64,000 bases of DNA from an uncultured cyanobacterium (lineage in GTDB: Bacteria > Cyanobacteriota > Cyanobacteriia > Phormidesmidales > Phormidesmidaceae): assembly GCA_963793265.1 (NCBI GenBank), contig CAWBZI010000001.1:1248001-1312000 (forward strand), written 5' to 3'. Under the pieces are notes generated by a model. The model searched no databases. It worked only from the letters and a program-made list of their open reading frames with translations, and was not told the origin of the DNA. Below, piece by piece: positions 53,250 through 63,283 of the stretch (position 1 is the first letter of the stretch; each line of letters begins with the position of its first letter). The position numbers were made by a program, and so were the translations under genes.

Positions 53250-55385
53250 TCAGGCCGCAACTAACCCCCGATGGCGGAGCAAGGCTTGTGTGCTAGGTTC
53301 CCGTCCCCGAAAGGCTTTGAACACTTCCATCGGATGACGAGAGCCGCCTTCGGCCAGCACCGTATCGCGGAATCGTCGGCCAATACTGGTGACCTCCGCT
53401 TTGTTCTCTAAGCCTGCTTCTTCAAACGCAGAGAAAGCGTCAGCGCTGAGCACTTCGGCCCAAAAGTAGCTATAGTAGCCAGCGGCATATCCGCCTGAGA
53501 AGATATGACCAAAGCTGCAAAGAAACGCATCTTCTGCTAAGGGCTCCATCAGCGTGGTTTTTTCAGCGATGCGATCGCGCAATTCCCAAACCGACTCATC
53601 TCCGCCCGGCTGATACTGCGAATGCAGCGCCATATCAATCCAGCCAAAGTTCACCTGCCGCAAAATCGCGTTGCCCGTCATAAAGTGCCGCGCCGCTAAC
53701 AGCTTTTGATAGTCAGCCTCAGGCAGTGCTTCACCTGTCTCATAGTGCTTGGCCATCCCAAACAGCGTGTCTCGGTCATAGCACCAGTTCTCCATAAACT
53801 GACTGGGTAGCTCTACCGCATCCCACTCCACATTATTAATACCGGCTGCGCCCGCATAGTCCACCCGCGTGAGCATGTGCTGCAACCCATGCCCAAACTC
53901 ATGAAACAGCGTCTCCACCTCGCGAAACGTCATCAGGCTCGGCTTATCCTCTACCGGCGGCGACTGATTGCACACCAAATAGGCCACAGGCAATCGCACA
54001 CCCTTATCGTTCTTAGCGCGAACGATGCACTCATCCATCCACGCACCGCCGCGCTTTTCTGCCGGACGGCTGTAAGGGTCTAGATAAAAGTGAGCGATCT
54101 TCTCGCCCCCTTCAGCATCAGCCACCTGAAAATAACGCACGTCAGAATGCCAAACGGGCGCTTCACCGTCCGCCGCCGAAATCGTAATGCCAAACAGCCG
54201 TTCAGCTAGCCCGAATAAGCCTTCAAGCACGTTAGGTAAAGAGAAGTAAGGCCGTAGCGCTTCGTCGTTCAAGTCAAACTTCAGCTCTCGCATCCGCTCT
54301 GTCCAAAAAGGCAAGTCCCACTGCTTGATTTCATTGGCTTCATCAGCACCCTGAGATTGAGCAAACGCCTTAATTTCCGCTAGCTCACTCGCCGCCGCGT
54401 CGTAGCTAGCCGATCGCAGCTCCTCCATCAGCGCCTCTACGGCCGATACAGAAGGAGCCATTTTACGCGCTAGGCTCAGCTCAGCGTAGTTTTCAAAACC
54501 CAAAAGCTCAGACTGCTGCTGCCGCAGGGCTAAAATCTGCTCAATAATCGGTGCGTTGTCTAGATCGCCCTTTGAGGCGCGCGTGATAAAGGCACGGTAT
54601 AGCTTTTCTCTCAGGTCACGACGCTGGGCATGTCGCAAAAAGGGAACGTAGCAGGGCATGTCTAGCGTGATTCGCCAAGGGCCAGACTCAGCGGTTGCAT
54701 CTTCTGCACCTGCGTCACGAGCCGCTTGAGCCGTCAGACTGAGCAGGCTCGGTGGCAAACCAGCAACGTCATCAGGATTTGTCAGCGTCAGGCTAAAGGC
54801 TTTGGTCGCGTCTAAAACGTGGTTAGAAAACTGGGTGGACAGCTCGGCTAAGGACTGCTGAATCTCATTGAACTTTTCTTTGGGTTCGCCAGTCAGGCCG
54901 ACGCCCGATAGCTCAGCGTCACGTAGGGCAGATTCGACGATGCGTTTTTGAGCAGGTACCAAATCGGCCCAACCGTCGCTTTCATGCAGTTGTTTGAGCG
55001 CCTGATAGATAACCTGGCTTTGGCTGATTTCGCTGGCAAACTTTACCAGGCTCGGCTGCACACTCTCATAGGCTTCGCGCAGTTCAGGGCTGTTCTTTAC
55101 GCCCATTAGGTGGCCGATAATGCCCCAGCTCCAGCTCAGGCGCTCGGTGATGGCGGTTAAAGGCTCGACCAGTTCGGCCCAGGTGGGAACGGTGGCAGTT
55201 TCTAGTTTTTTAGAAAGCTGGGACTCTAGCGATCGCACCCCGTCAGCCAGCGCTTCCAATAGCTGCTCAACACCAGGGGCCACGTGCTCGGGCTTAATCT
55301 CACTAAAAGGCGGTAGGCCGCTGCCAATTAAAAGCGGATTGCTGAAAGTATTAGCCGAAGAATTAGATGGGGAAACGACGCTCAT
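53250..55385 (-). CDS. prlC: Oligopeptidase A (M3 family)
   Basis: Motifs FHEFGHGLQH, VELPSQFME and GYAAGYYSY. Confidence 0.93.
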   Translation of the reverse strand: MSVVSPSNSSANTFSNPLLIGSGLPPFSEIKPEHVAPGVEQLLEALADGVRSLESQLSKKLETATVPTWAELVEPLTAITERLSWSWGIIGHLMGVKNSPELREAYESVQPSLVKFASEISQSQVIYQALKQLHESDGWADLVPAQKRIVESALRDAELSGVGLTGEPKEKFNEIQQSLAELSTQFSNHVLDATKAFSLTLTNPDDVAGLPPSLLSLTAQAARDAGAEDATAESGPWRITLDMPCYVPFLRHAQRRDLREKLYRAFITRASKGDLDNAPIIEQILALRQQQSELLGFENYAELSLARKMAPSVSAVEALMEELRSASYDAAASELAEIKAFAQSQGADEANEIKQWDLPFWTERMRELKFDLNDEALRPYFSLPNVLEGLFGLAERLFGITISAADGEAPVWHSDVRYFQVADAEGGEKIAHFYLDPYSRPAEKRGGAWMDECIVRAKNDKGVRLPVAYLVCNQSPPVEDKPSLMTFREVETLFHEFGHGLQHMLTRVDYAGAAGINNVEWDAVELPSQFMENWCYDRDTLFGMAKHYETGEALPEADYQKLLAARHFMTGNAILRQVNFGWIDMALHSQYQPGGDESVWELRDRIAEKTTLMEPLAEDAFLCSFGHIFSGGYAAGYYSYFWAEVLSADAFSAFEEAGLENKAEVTSIGRRFRDTVLAEGGSRHPMEVFKAFRGREPSTQALLRHRGLVAA

Positions 55386-55466
55386 AGGGTTAAGAAGAAT
55401 CTGATAGGTAGAAATTTAACTCATAACGAGTATGAGTTATTTCCCTATCATAAGATCAAAACTCCA

Positions 55467-55982
55467 TTAGTAAGTTCCGGGTGCCGCATAGCCCTGAAGC
55501 TCTTCAGGTCGCAAAGGCCGAATAACACGGCTCGCCTGCGAAATCAAGCCTTCTGAGCCCTTCACAACCACCAAATACTTGCCTGCATTCAGCCGGTTTC
55601 GGTAAGACAGTGCATCGCCGCCACCGACGCCCGCGCCAACACCGCCGCCAATGAAAAATCCGCCCATTCCACCGGCACCCGCGCCGAGTAAACCCCCAAT
55701 AATTTGATTGCCCAGGGTACCTGCCCAAGGAAACGTGTCGAGCCCGGTAATGGCATTAAAGGAAAACCCAGCCACAAAGCCGAATGGAATTGTCCAAAAG
55801 GCTAAGCGCTTAATCTGCTTCCACGCTTCATCATTGGGATCGATCAGGCCGTATTCATCCGCCGACTTGAAGCCTCTGCCCAAAATAGATACTTTGTCCA
55901 TGGTGATCTTGGCATCTTCTAAGGCGGTGTATACCTCCTCTGCTTTGATGCGATCGCCCAGCACAGCCACTAAATAATTCAT
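55467..55982 (-). CDS. Conserved hypothetical membrane protein (Gly-rich TM)
   Basis: MNYLVAVL.DR..AE, glycine-zipper-like TMs and YRNRL.AGKYLVVV. Confidence 0.75.
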   Translation of the reverse strand: MNYLVAVLGDRIKAEEVYTALEDAKITMDKVSILGRGFKSADEYGLIDPNDEAWKQIKRLAFWTIPFGFVAGFSFNAITGLDTFPWAGTLGNQIIGGLLGAGAGGMGGFFIGGGVGAGVGGGDALSYRNRLNAGKYLVVVKGSEGLISQASRVIRPLRPEELQGYAAPGTY

Positions 55983-56878
55983 CGCTTAGCCCGCTCCCTT
56001 TCCAGCTCAACTTGAGTTGTCTCCACCGCTTCGGCCACAGATTTAGACTCTGCCAAAGGCTTAGGCCGAAACAAATGGTCGTGAGTAGGATTGTACAGCC
56101 GAGATCTGGCAACTAGCCGATCGTCTAAAGCAGGAGAAATAATATAGAGCGTCGTTCGCACCAAATTCTGCGCCTCGCTCACCTCAGCCATTTTCTCTAA
56201 AGGCACCACCGTAATTTGCTCATCCGGCCAGCCCACCCGAAAGCAAATCGCAACCGGCGTTTGCGGCGAGTAGTGCTTCATCAGCTGATCTTGCGAATCC
56301 TGCACGTGCCGCGCGCTCAAATACAGGCACAGACTCGCCTTATGCGCCGCTAAGCTAGACAGCTCCTCAGTCTCAGGTACCTGCGTGCGACCGCTAATCC
56401 GCGTCAAAATAATGCTCTGCACCTGCGCCGGAACCGTCAGCTCCACATTCAGCTTCGCCGCCGCCGCCTGAAAAGCGCTAATCCCTGGAATCACCTCAAA
56501 CGGAACGTCCGCCTCACTCAAGCGCAGCATTTGCTCATGAATCGCGCTGTATAAGCTCGGATCACCTGAATGCAGACGCACCACCGACTTCCCCGCCCGC
56601 ACCCGCTCAATCATCAGCGGCACAATATCTTCTAGCGTCATATTGGCCGTCGCAATCTTTTCAGCACTAGGCCGAATGGCTGAGAGTATCTGAGCGGGCA
56701 CCAGCGAATTGGCGTAGACCAAAACATCTGCTTGCTGTATCAATTTAAGCGCCTTTACTGTCAGTAAGTCAGGGTCGCCAGGCCCCGCACCAACGATGTA
56801 AACAGCCGGAGAAACAGGCGCTAAAGGGGTCGAAAACGCCGCTGAAGAACCTGTTTCTGTCAACTTATCGGAATCCAT
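55979..56878 (-). CDS. cobM: Precorrin-4 C11-methyltransferase
   Basis: Motifs VGAGPGDPDLLT, RLHSGDPSLY, ELTVP..Q and SRLY. Confidence 0.93.
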   Translation of the reverse strand: MDSDKLTETGSSAAFSTPLAPVSPAVYIVGAGPGDPDLLTVKALKLIQQADVLVYANSLVPAQILSAIRPSAEKIATANMTLEDIVPLMIERVRAGKSVVRLHSGDPSLYSAIHEQMLRLSEADVPFEVIPGISAFQAAAAKLNVELTVPAQVQSIILTRISGRTQVPETEELSSLAAHKASLCLYLSARHVQDSQDQLMKHYSPQTPVAICFRVGWPDEQITVVPLEKMAEVSEAQNLVRTTLYIISPALDDRLVARSRLYNPTHDHLFRPKPLAESKSVAEAVETTQVELERERAKR

Positions 56879-57032
56879 GAAAACCTTTGTGTAGCGTGTA
56901 TGTAGAGGGAATAGAAGGTGTGGTCTAAAAAGATACGAGCGGCTATAGAGCAGATTGAAGCGTAGCGATTAAACGAATCAACTAGAATTGTTGTCTATGT
57001 TTCAATGTTCATCAACTCACTATTATCACGGG

Positions 57033-57163
57033 CGATTGTTTGAAGAATAAATGAAGTCTCCGGTAAAACTCGGGATGCGACGGAAAAATCCTGCATCTTG
57101 GTATGTAGATGCACCCTGATTCCGAGCCTCAAAGGTTTTACGACCTCTGGGGCTTTTTCTTTT
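57033..57163 (+). ncRNA. Putative PsrR1-like small RNA
   Basis: ACGGAAA and TTGGTATGT motifs within base-paired stems, then a terminator (GCCTC.AAGG...CCT.TGGGGC-TTTTT) on the strand opposite the flanking genes; 5' end uncertain. Confidence 0.55.
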
Positions 57164-57253
57164 GTTTCCCTACGTTCAAGCTGCTTTTTGCTGCATTTGT
57201 TGTGGTTTAGCGGTTGAGCGCATTTTTTTAATTTGATAATTGTTTCGCTTACA

Positions 57254-58150
57254 TTACCGTTTTGACAGATGAGTATCAGAAGGCGTAGAACGCTTATCCT
57301 TCCGATCGGGCGATACCGTATCAGGCAGTCGCTTACCCAGTCCATACGTCCAAATCAGCCCTATCCAGCCCAAAGCAATGCCGGTCAGGCTCACGAGCTG
57401 CGCAATTCGCAGCGGCCCTATCATCAGGCTATCAGTCCGCAGGCCCTCAATCCACACCCGGCCCGCGCCGTAGGCAATCATATATACCAAAAACAGCGTC
57501 CCCGCCCGATACCGGCTTGGATGCTTCAGCCCCCAAAAGAGCAGCGCCAGCAGCAGGCCAAATACGCCCAGGTTCCAGAGCGACTCGTACAAAAAGGTTG
57601 GATGGAAGTACTCAAATTCTTTGTAGCCCACTGGCCGATTGGCCAAAGGAATAAATAGCTTCCAGGGCAGCTCAGTTGGCCCCCCGAAGGCTTCGCCATT
57701 AAAAAAGTTGCCCCAGCGACCAATCGCCTGCCCCAAAATAAGCGATGGCGCAATCACATCAGCGAGCTGCCAAAAGGAAAGCTTGTTGAACTTAGCAAAT
57801 AGCCAGGTGGCGAGCGTACCGCCTAGCACCGCCCCATGAATGGCAATCCCACCTTTCCAAATGGCGACAATATCGCCGGGGCGAGCCGCATAGGAGGGCC
57901 ATTCAAACGCCACGTAATACAGCCGGGCGCAAGGAATCGCTGCAATCACCAGCCAAATCACCATGTCGCCTACTTTTTCAGGGTCAATGCCTTTCTTTTT
58001 GGCGACGTACTGCGAGAGCGCCACGCCAATGAGCACCGCCGAGGCAATGAGTAGGCCGTACCACCTCAGCGTTATCGGGCCAATGCTTACAATCTCAGGC
58101 CCAGGCGACTGGAACCTGCCGAGGAGGGTCAAACCATTCATAATATTCAA
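57254..58150 (-). CDS. lgt: Prolipoprotein diacylglyceryl transferase
   Basis: Motifs [21 protein letters not shown] and HPTFLYES. Confidence 0.96.
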   Translation of the reverse strand: MNIMNGLTLLGRFQSPGPEIVSIGPITLRWYGLLIASAVLIGVALSQYVAKKKGIDPEKVGDMVIWLVIAAIPCARLYYVAFEWPSYAARPGDIVAIWKGGIAIHGAVLGGTLATWLFAKFNKLSFWQLADVIAPSLILGQAIGRWGNFFNGEAFGGPTELPWKLFIPLANRPVGYKEFEYFHPTFLYESLWNLGVFGLLLALLFWGLKHPSRYRAGTLFLVYMIAYGAGRVWIEGLRTDSLMIGPLRIAQLVSLTGIALGWIGLIWTYGLGKRLPDTVSPDRKDKRSTPSDTHLSKR

Positions 58151-58180
58151 GTCTCAAGATATTGAGTCTCAGCTTGCAGG

Positions 58181-58801
58181 TTAGTTCTCAACTTCAGCCA
58201 TTTCGATCACTTCGCCCGCCAAGTCTTTGACCAAAAAGTTCAGCGGGCGATCGCGTCTTAGCTTATGTCGAATCCCTCGGGTTTGAACCTGCATCAGCAA
58301 ATATTCCAGGCAGTCATGATCAAAGCACACGTGCCGCTGCCGGTTGCGATTGCCCAAACTCGCCCCCGCAATCACATGAAGCTGAGTGTTCTTCTTGAGC
58401 TGATACCACAACCCGTCAGGCGTACCATAAGAGCCCGAAGGCCCGCCGATGCTAGAAGCCCCTAAAGACGACGCGCCAAACATCGGGTCAATACCAGCGG
58501 TGCCCAGCGTTTGCTCATAGTTGTAGTAGTAGTGCAAAGGCACATCCGCTGCGGCTAGCGTTAATACGCCTTCATAAAAGCGCCGGGCCATGTCTAAGTC
58601 AGACACCATCACCGTATGCACCTTGGGCGCACTACTCAAAAACGCCCACATTGCGCCCGCATAGGCCACCAGCAGCATCACCATAATGCCTTGGGTGGAC
58701 ACGATTGCATCTAAGGGGAGCCCTTGAAAGATGCTGGCAGATAAACAGATATCTATAAAAGCGTTTGGCATGGCGAGGCCTGTTATCAGGGATGGCATCA
58801 T
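58181..58801 (-). CDS. VOC/glyoxalase-like conserved cyanobacterial protein
   Basis: VHTVMVSDL..AR.FYEG.L, QLHVI and RHVCF. Confidence 0.75.
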   Translation of the reverse strand: MMPSLITGLAMPNAFIDICLSASIFQGLPLDAIVSTQGIMVMLLVAYAGAMWAFLSSAPKVHTVMVSDLDMARRFYEGVLTLAAADVPLHYYYNYEQTLGTAGIDPMFGASSLGASSIGGPSGSYGTPDGLWYQLKKNTQLHVIAGASLGNRNRQRHVCFDHDCLEYLLMQVQTRGIRHKLRRDRPLNFLVKDLAGEVIEMAEVEN

Positions 58802-59067
58802 GGCAAGAGGGAATTAAACAAGAATTTTTCTTTAGTCTACCAACTAGAACCCATTAGGAACTGATTGGCACTTCTATGGGTAATCAGGGCGCAATCGGTA
58901 GCAAAGCGGCTTTGATGAGCCCGTGTGTTCTGTGAATATTTTGTGGGAACGCTGGAAAACGATAGATTGATTAATATTGATTAGTTAATCTCGCCCAAAC
59001 AAATGCGGCTTTAACGGCTTTCTTCACACTGCCTGCTACTCTTTCCATTGAGTCTCGCTTAAATCCT

Positions 59068-59847
59068 GTGCAAATTCCCGCTTTTCCTGAATGCGATCGC
59101 GATTTAATCAAGTCACTGATTCACCTCAGCGACTACGATTTGGTGAACTCTCTGCAAAAGTCGCCCCTGGATGGAAAGTACTTCACAGCCCTCTTTTGCC
59201 GTTACAGCCCTGTTGTCTACTCCCTCATCCGCCACTCAGCCAAGTCCCCCGTCCAGGCCGACTACCTATTTGCTCTCACCTGGCGGCACATTCTCAACGA
59301 ACTAGGCGGCATCGATCTCACTCCCTTTAAGGCCCACGCCCAGCCACCTGCTAACGCCTCTGAGCCCGCAGCCAAACCCACAGTCGCCCCTCCACTAACC
59401 GGCAAATCAGCCGCAGAATTTTCTTTACAAGGCTGGCTAATCAGCCTTACCGCGGCTCACATCAACCAGGCGGTGCTTCCTGACGTAGAGTCCATTCACT
59501 ACTCCTTGCAAGCAGCCCCACCGCCGCTATGGTGCTACACCGAGCGCGCCTTAGATAGCCTGCTACCCAAGCACCGACTCATCGTGTTAATGGCTCAAAC
59601 CTTTGCCTGGAGTGACACCCGCATCGCCGCCTACCTACAGGCCGAAGGCGACAGCACCTCTCCTGCCGAAGTCCACACCGAACTTGCCATTGCTTATCAG
59701 GCGCTAGAAAACGCCATCCCCGAAGACATCCGCACGATCTACTTAGAGAGCCCAGCCACCGCGATTCCACTCATCGCCCCTGGTATGAGCGAGGAAATGG
59801 CAGGGCTGATGACCATTGAATTTGACGAGAGTGATCTGCAAAACTAG
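59068..59847 (+). CDS. Sigma-70/ECF-like conserved cyanobacterial protein
   Basis: FTALFCRY...QADYLFA.TW (region 2-like) and a C-terminal HTH-like segment. Confidence 0.6.
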   Translation: MQIPAFPECDRDLIKSLIHLSDYDLVNSLQKSPLDGKYFTALFCRYSPVVYSLIRHSAKSPVQADYLFALTWRHILNELGGIDLTPFKAHAQPPANASEPAAKPTVAPPLTGKSAAEFSLQGWLISLTAAHINQAVLPDVESIHYSLQAAPPPLWCYTERALDSLLPKHRLIVLMAQTFAWSDTRIAAYLQAEGDSTSPAEVHTELAIAYQALENAIPEDIRTIYLESPATAIPLIAPGMSEEMAGLMTIEFDESDLQN

Positions 59848-59933
59848 CAGGTAGGACCCAACAACCAGAATGAGTATCGAGGTGGGTATCTTAGAGCCGT
59901 AGCTGCCCTCCAGAAAATTTCTGGGAAATCCTC

Positions 59934-61001
59934 ATGAGTCGTTGGTATAAAGGCGTTTTGCGTCCCAATCATGCGCAGTTAGCAGGGCTGGCAACGACAA
60001 TCGCGTCTGCGGCGATCGCACTAAACACTAGCCCTGCTCAAGCCGTACCGAGCCTCACCGAGCAGCTACAAACGCCCCCTCAAAATGACATTCGCATCCG
60101 GCGCGACGTGGCCGATCAGTTTCTATTAGTCGGCCATGCAAAAATTAGAGCCGGGGATCACTCGCAGGCGATCGCTGCACTAGATGAAGCCGCCAACGCC
60201 TACCACTACCTCGGTGACTTTGCGGGTATGGGCGAAGCCTACGAGCAGCTAGTGAGGGTGTATAGCCAGCTAGGTCAATATGATGACGCCGAAACGGTTG
60301 TACGCAGACAGCTTGCGATCGCCAACAGCAACAATAACTTCAGCGACCAAATTCGCGCCTTCAACAATCTTGGTACTATCAGCCTGCAAGACGGCGACCT
60401 TGACACCGCTGAAGCCGCATTTAATGAAGGGCTCATCGTTGCTCAAGATGTAGAAAGCGACAGCGGCATCGGGCTATCGCTCAGTAACTTAGGGCTAATT
60501 GCCGCCGCCAACGGACAGCTCAACGACGCCCGCAAATATTACGAAGTTGCAGCTAACTACCGCGCTCGCGCTCGCGACTATGCCGGACAGGCCAACACCG
60601 ACAGCAACTTAGGCGACGTATACGTTGCAATGGGCCAGCTCAGGCAGGCCGTAGGAGCCTACCGCGTATCGCTCTCACTTGCGCAAGACATAGACGATCC
60701 CTACCTTCAGCTCAGAGCAATTGACGGCCTGATCAATGTTTATCGTCGGCTAGGCGTGCCGGGTGAAGTCACTCGATATCTGACCGATCGCATCGAGCTA
60801 GCGGCAGCAACAGGCGATGACTGGCAGCGCCTGATCACACTGCGAACGCTCGGCGAAATCTCTCAGGAGAACGGCGATCTTATCGGCGCTCATGAGTATT
60901 TCCAGCGCGCACTGCAAATAGCTACAGCATTGGATCGCAAGACAGTTCAGGCAGATTTATCTAACCGGGTGCGATCGCTCTCACGCGCGCTAATCAATTA
61001 G
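59934..61001 (+). CDS. Tetratricopeptide repeat protein with signal peptide
   Basis: Repeated NLG...G....A...Y...L TPR pattern. Confidence 0.85.
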   Translation: MSRWYKGVLRPNHAQLAGLATTIASAAIALNTSPAQAVPSLTEQLQTPPQNDIRIRRDVADQFLLVGHAKIRAGDHSQAIAALDEAANAYHYLGDFAGMGEAYEQLVRVYSQLGQYDDAETVVRRQLAIANSNNNFSDQIRAFNNLGTISLQDGDLDTAEAAFNEGLIVAQDVESDSGIGLSLSNLGLIAAANGQLNDARKYYEVAANYRARARDYAGQANTDSNLGDVYVAMGQLRQAVGAYRVSLSLAQDIDDPYLQLRAIDGLINVYRRLGVPGEVTRYLTDRIELAAATGDDWQRLITLRTLGEISQENGDLIGAHEYFQRALQIATALDRKTVQADLSNRVRSLSRALIN

Positions 61002-61054
61002 CCTCAGGCAGTCTCAGAACTCAATCAAACATGTATCATCCATAGAGTCCATAT

Positions 61055-61789
61055 GTGCGCCGTCCCATGGATTCTATGGATTCTCCTGCTGCCAAACTCC
61101 GCTTCGACGTAATTAGTCTCTTCCCCGACTTCTTCACTTCCCCGCTTAGCTCGGGGTTAATAGGCCGCGCCCTCAATCGCCAAATCGCCTCTGTACACAT
61201 CACAAATCCACGCGATTTCACCACCGACAAGCACCACAAAGTAGACGATATTCCCTACGGCGGTGGCGTCGGCATGGTGATGAAACCAGAACCCATCTTT
61301 GCTGCCGTCGAGTCTTTACCCACTTACCCTCGCCGCGACGTGATTCTGATGACCCCGCAAGGGCAAACCATGAATCAGCCGCTATTGCATGAGCTAGCCA
61401 CCGATTACGATCAACTCGTGCTCATTTGCGGTCACTACGAAGGCGTCGATGAACGCGTGCTTAATCTTGTCACCCGAGAAGTTTCCCTGGGCGATTTTGT
61501 GCTCACCTGCGGCGAAATTCCTGCGCTCACATTGATCAACGGCGTCATCCGCCTGATGCCGGGCACCGTTGGCAAAACCGATTCGCTTAAGTACGAGAGC
61601 TTCCAAACCGACCTGCTCGACTACCCGCAGTACACGCGCCCAGCTCAGTTTCGCCAGTGGGACGTGCCCGAAGTGCTGATGTCGGGCGACCACGGCGCGA
61701 TCGCTCAGTGGCGAAAGCAGCAGCAAATTGAACGTACGCAGCAAAGAAGGCCCGATCTATTCGAGCAGTGGCAGCAGCATAGCGACTAA
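61055..61789 (+). CDS. trmD: tRNA (guanine-N1)-methyltransferase
   Basis: Motifs VDD.PYGGG.GM, CGHYEGVDERV, SLGDFVL and YPQYTRP. Confidence 0.96.
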   Translation: MRRPMDSMDSPAAKLRFDVISLFPDFFTSPLSSGLIGRALNRQIASVHITNPRDFTTDKHHKVDDIPYGGGVGMVMKPEPIFAAVESLPTYPRRDVILMTPQGQTMNQPLLHELATDYDQLVLICGHYEGVDERVLNLVTREVSLGDFVLTCGEIPALTLINGVIRLMPGTVGKTDSLKYESFQTDLLDYPQYTRPAQFRQWDVPEVLMSGDHGAIAQWRKQQQIERTQQRRPDLFEQWQQHSD

Positions 61790-61816
61790 TCTGGTAAGAA
61801 GCGCTTAGCAGAATAT

Positions 61817-62302
61817 ATGAACATACGCATTGGTAACGGCTACGATATTCACCGGCTTGCGAGCGATCGCAAACTCATCCTGGGCGGCATCGACATCCCC
61901 CACGAAAAAGGGCTGCTCGGCCACAGCGATGCTGACGCGCTCACCCACGCCATTATGGACGCCCTGCTAGGTGCGCTCAGCCTGGGCGATATCGGCCTGT
62001 ACTTTCCGCCTAGCGATCCCAAATGGGCCGGGGCAGACAGTCAGATGCTTTTGGAGAAAGTGCACCAGCTCGTACTAGACCGGGGCTGGCAAATCAGTAA
62101 TATTGACAGCGTGGTGATTGCCGAGCGGCCCAAGCTGAAGCCTCATATTCAGACGATGCGTGATCGCCTCGCCAGCACGCTACACATAGAACCTGACCAA
62201 ATTGGCATCAAAGCCACTACCCACGAAAAGCTAGGGCCATTAGGCCAAGAAGAAGGCATCGCTGCTTATGCAGTCGCGCTCTTACATAAAGGAATCGCAT
62301 AA
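61817..62302 (+). CDS. ispF: 2-C-methyl-D-erythritol 2,4-cyclodiphosphate synthase
   Basis: Motifs [20 protein letters not shown] and KATT.E.LG. Confidence 0.96.
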   Translation: MNIRIGNGYDIHRLASDRKLILGGIDIPHEKGLLGHSDADALTHAIMDALLGALSLGDIGLYFPPSDPKWAGADSQMLLEKVHQLVLDRGWQISNIDSVVIAERPKLKPHIQTMRDRLASTLHIEPDQIGIKATTHEKLGPLGQEEGIAAYAVALLHKGIA

Positions 62303-62772
62303 GACAACCACTTCATAAAACTACGTAATCTTCAGCTAGGGAGTATCCGTAGGTAGCTATACCGTCAGCGCAAAGCTCAGCTACAGAGTAGACAGTACGC
62401 AAGCTGGTCATTTATCCGCACATTCTTTAAAGCTTTATTGTACTTTTACAAAAAGTGCTAAATGTTCTCTAAAAATACGCCTATTTCCAGCAGGAATACG
62501 GCAATTTGGAAAAACAAACGCGCGAAGTATCAAAATATACGCAAATATCCTTGTATTATTTATACAATCTTTGCCAACTATTAAAGAGAAGTACAGTTTA
62601 GTAGTGCTTTTGTGAATACGTTGTGTGAAGGCCATATAAAAAGCTGCGTATTTGTAACGAAAGCTACGTATAGATGATTGGCAGTTCTACTTAGCGGCCC
62701 TACACAGCGGCAAATGTAGCAGCAAGTCAATCGTTTGTAGGTTGGCACATTAGACTTTGGGGGTCTGAGAAC

Positions 62773-63147
62773 ATGGGTGTGTTGGGTGAATCATCGGTAG
62801 TGCTTATTCCAGCGGTTAATAAGCCATTCGGCTCGGTAGCAACAGAACATTCTATTAATAGCTTTAGAAGCAGTCCGCCAGAGCGCATCGGTATCTATGG
62901 CGAATATGACTACAACGGCCTGGCTAATCGCGTGATGCAGTGCTTTGAGCAAACCGTTGGCGAAGAGGTTGCGCAGATGAAAGTTCGCCAGCGGGGCTGC
63001 GTGGTGATTTTGACGGGCGTTGTTTCCTCGCGATCGCTACTCAACCATTTGGTGAACTTAGCAACGAGAGTAGAAGGCGCTGCCCTGGTTGAAATTTACA
63101 GAGTCACCTTTACCGAAGACGAGTTTGCAACGATGAAAGTGAGCTAG
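62773..63147 (+). CDS. BON/phospholipid-binding domain-like protein
   Basis: PPERIG..GEYD..GLA.RV...V.QRG.VVIL.G.V pattern. Confidence 0.7.
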   Translation: MGVLGESSVVLIPAVNKPFGSVATEHSINSFRSSPPERIGIYGEYDYNGLANRVMQCFEQTVGEEVAQMKVRQRGCVVILTGVVSSRSLLNHLVNLATRVEGAALVEIYRVTFTEDEFATMKVS

Positions 63148-63197
63148 GCGTCCATGCGTCTCATTGACGCCTAAGGCCACCCTAAAAGAATTAATAC

Positions 63198-63240
63198 CAA
63201 AAAAGGGACGACCGTTAGCCATAACGATCGTCCCTTTTTG
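63198..63240. terminator. Bidirectional terminator
   Basis: AAAAAGGGACGA.CGTTA/TAACG.TCGTCCCTTTTT between convergent genes. Confidence 0.8.
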
Positions 63241-63283
63241 CGTGGCCCATTTGTATATCTCATGTATATCTCAAACTTTCGGC

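Noticed and set aside
55417..55439. Inverted repeat TAACTCATA-N5-TATGAGTTA upstream of prlC
   Set aside because: Could be a weak terminator or an operator; single AT-rich instance with no further support.
56880..57253. Cobalamin riboswitch for cobM, and the 116-aa ORF 56995-57345
   Set aside because: No B12-box on the minus strand; terminator polarity favours a + strand sRNA; the ORF overlaps lgt and lacks motifs.
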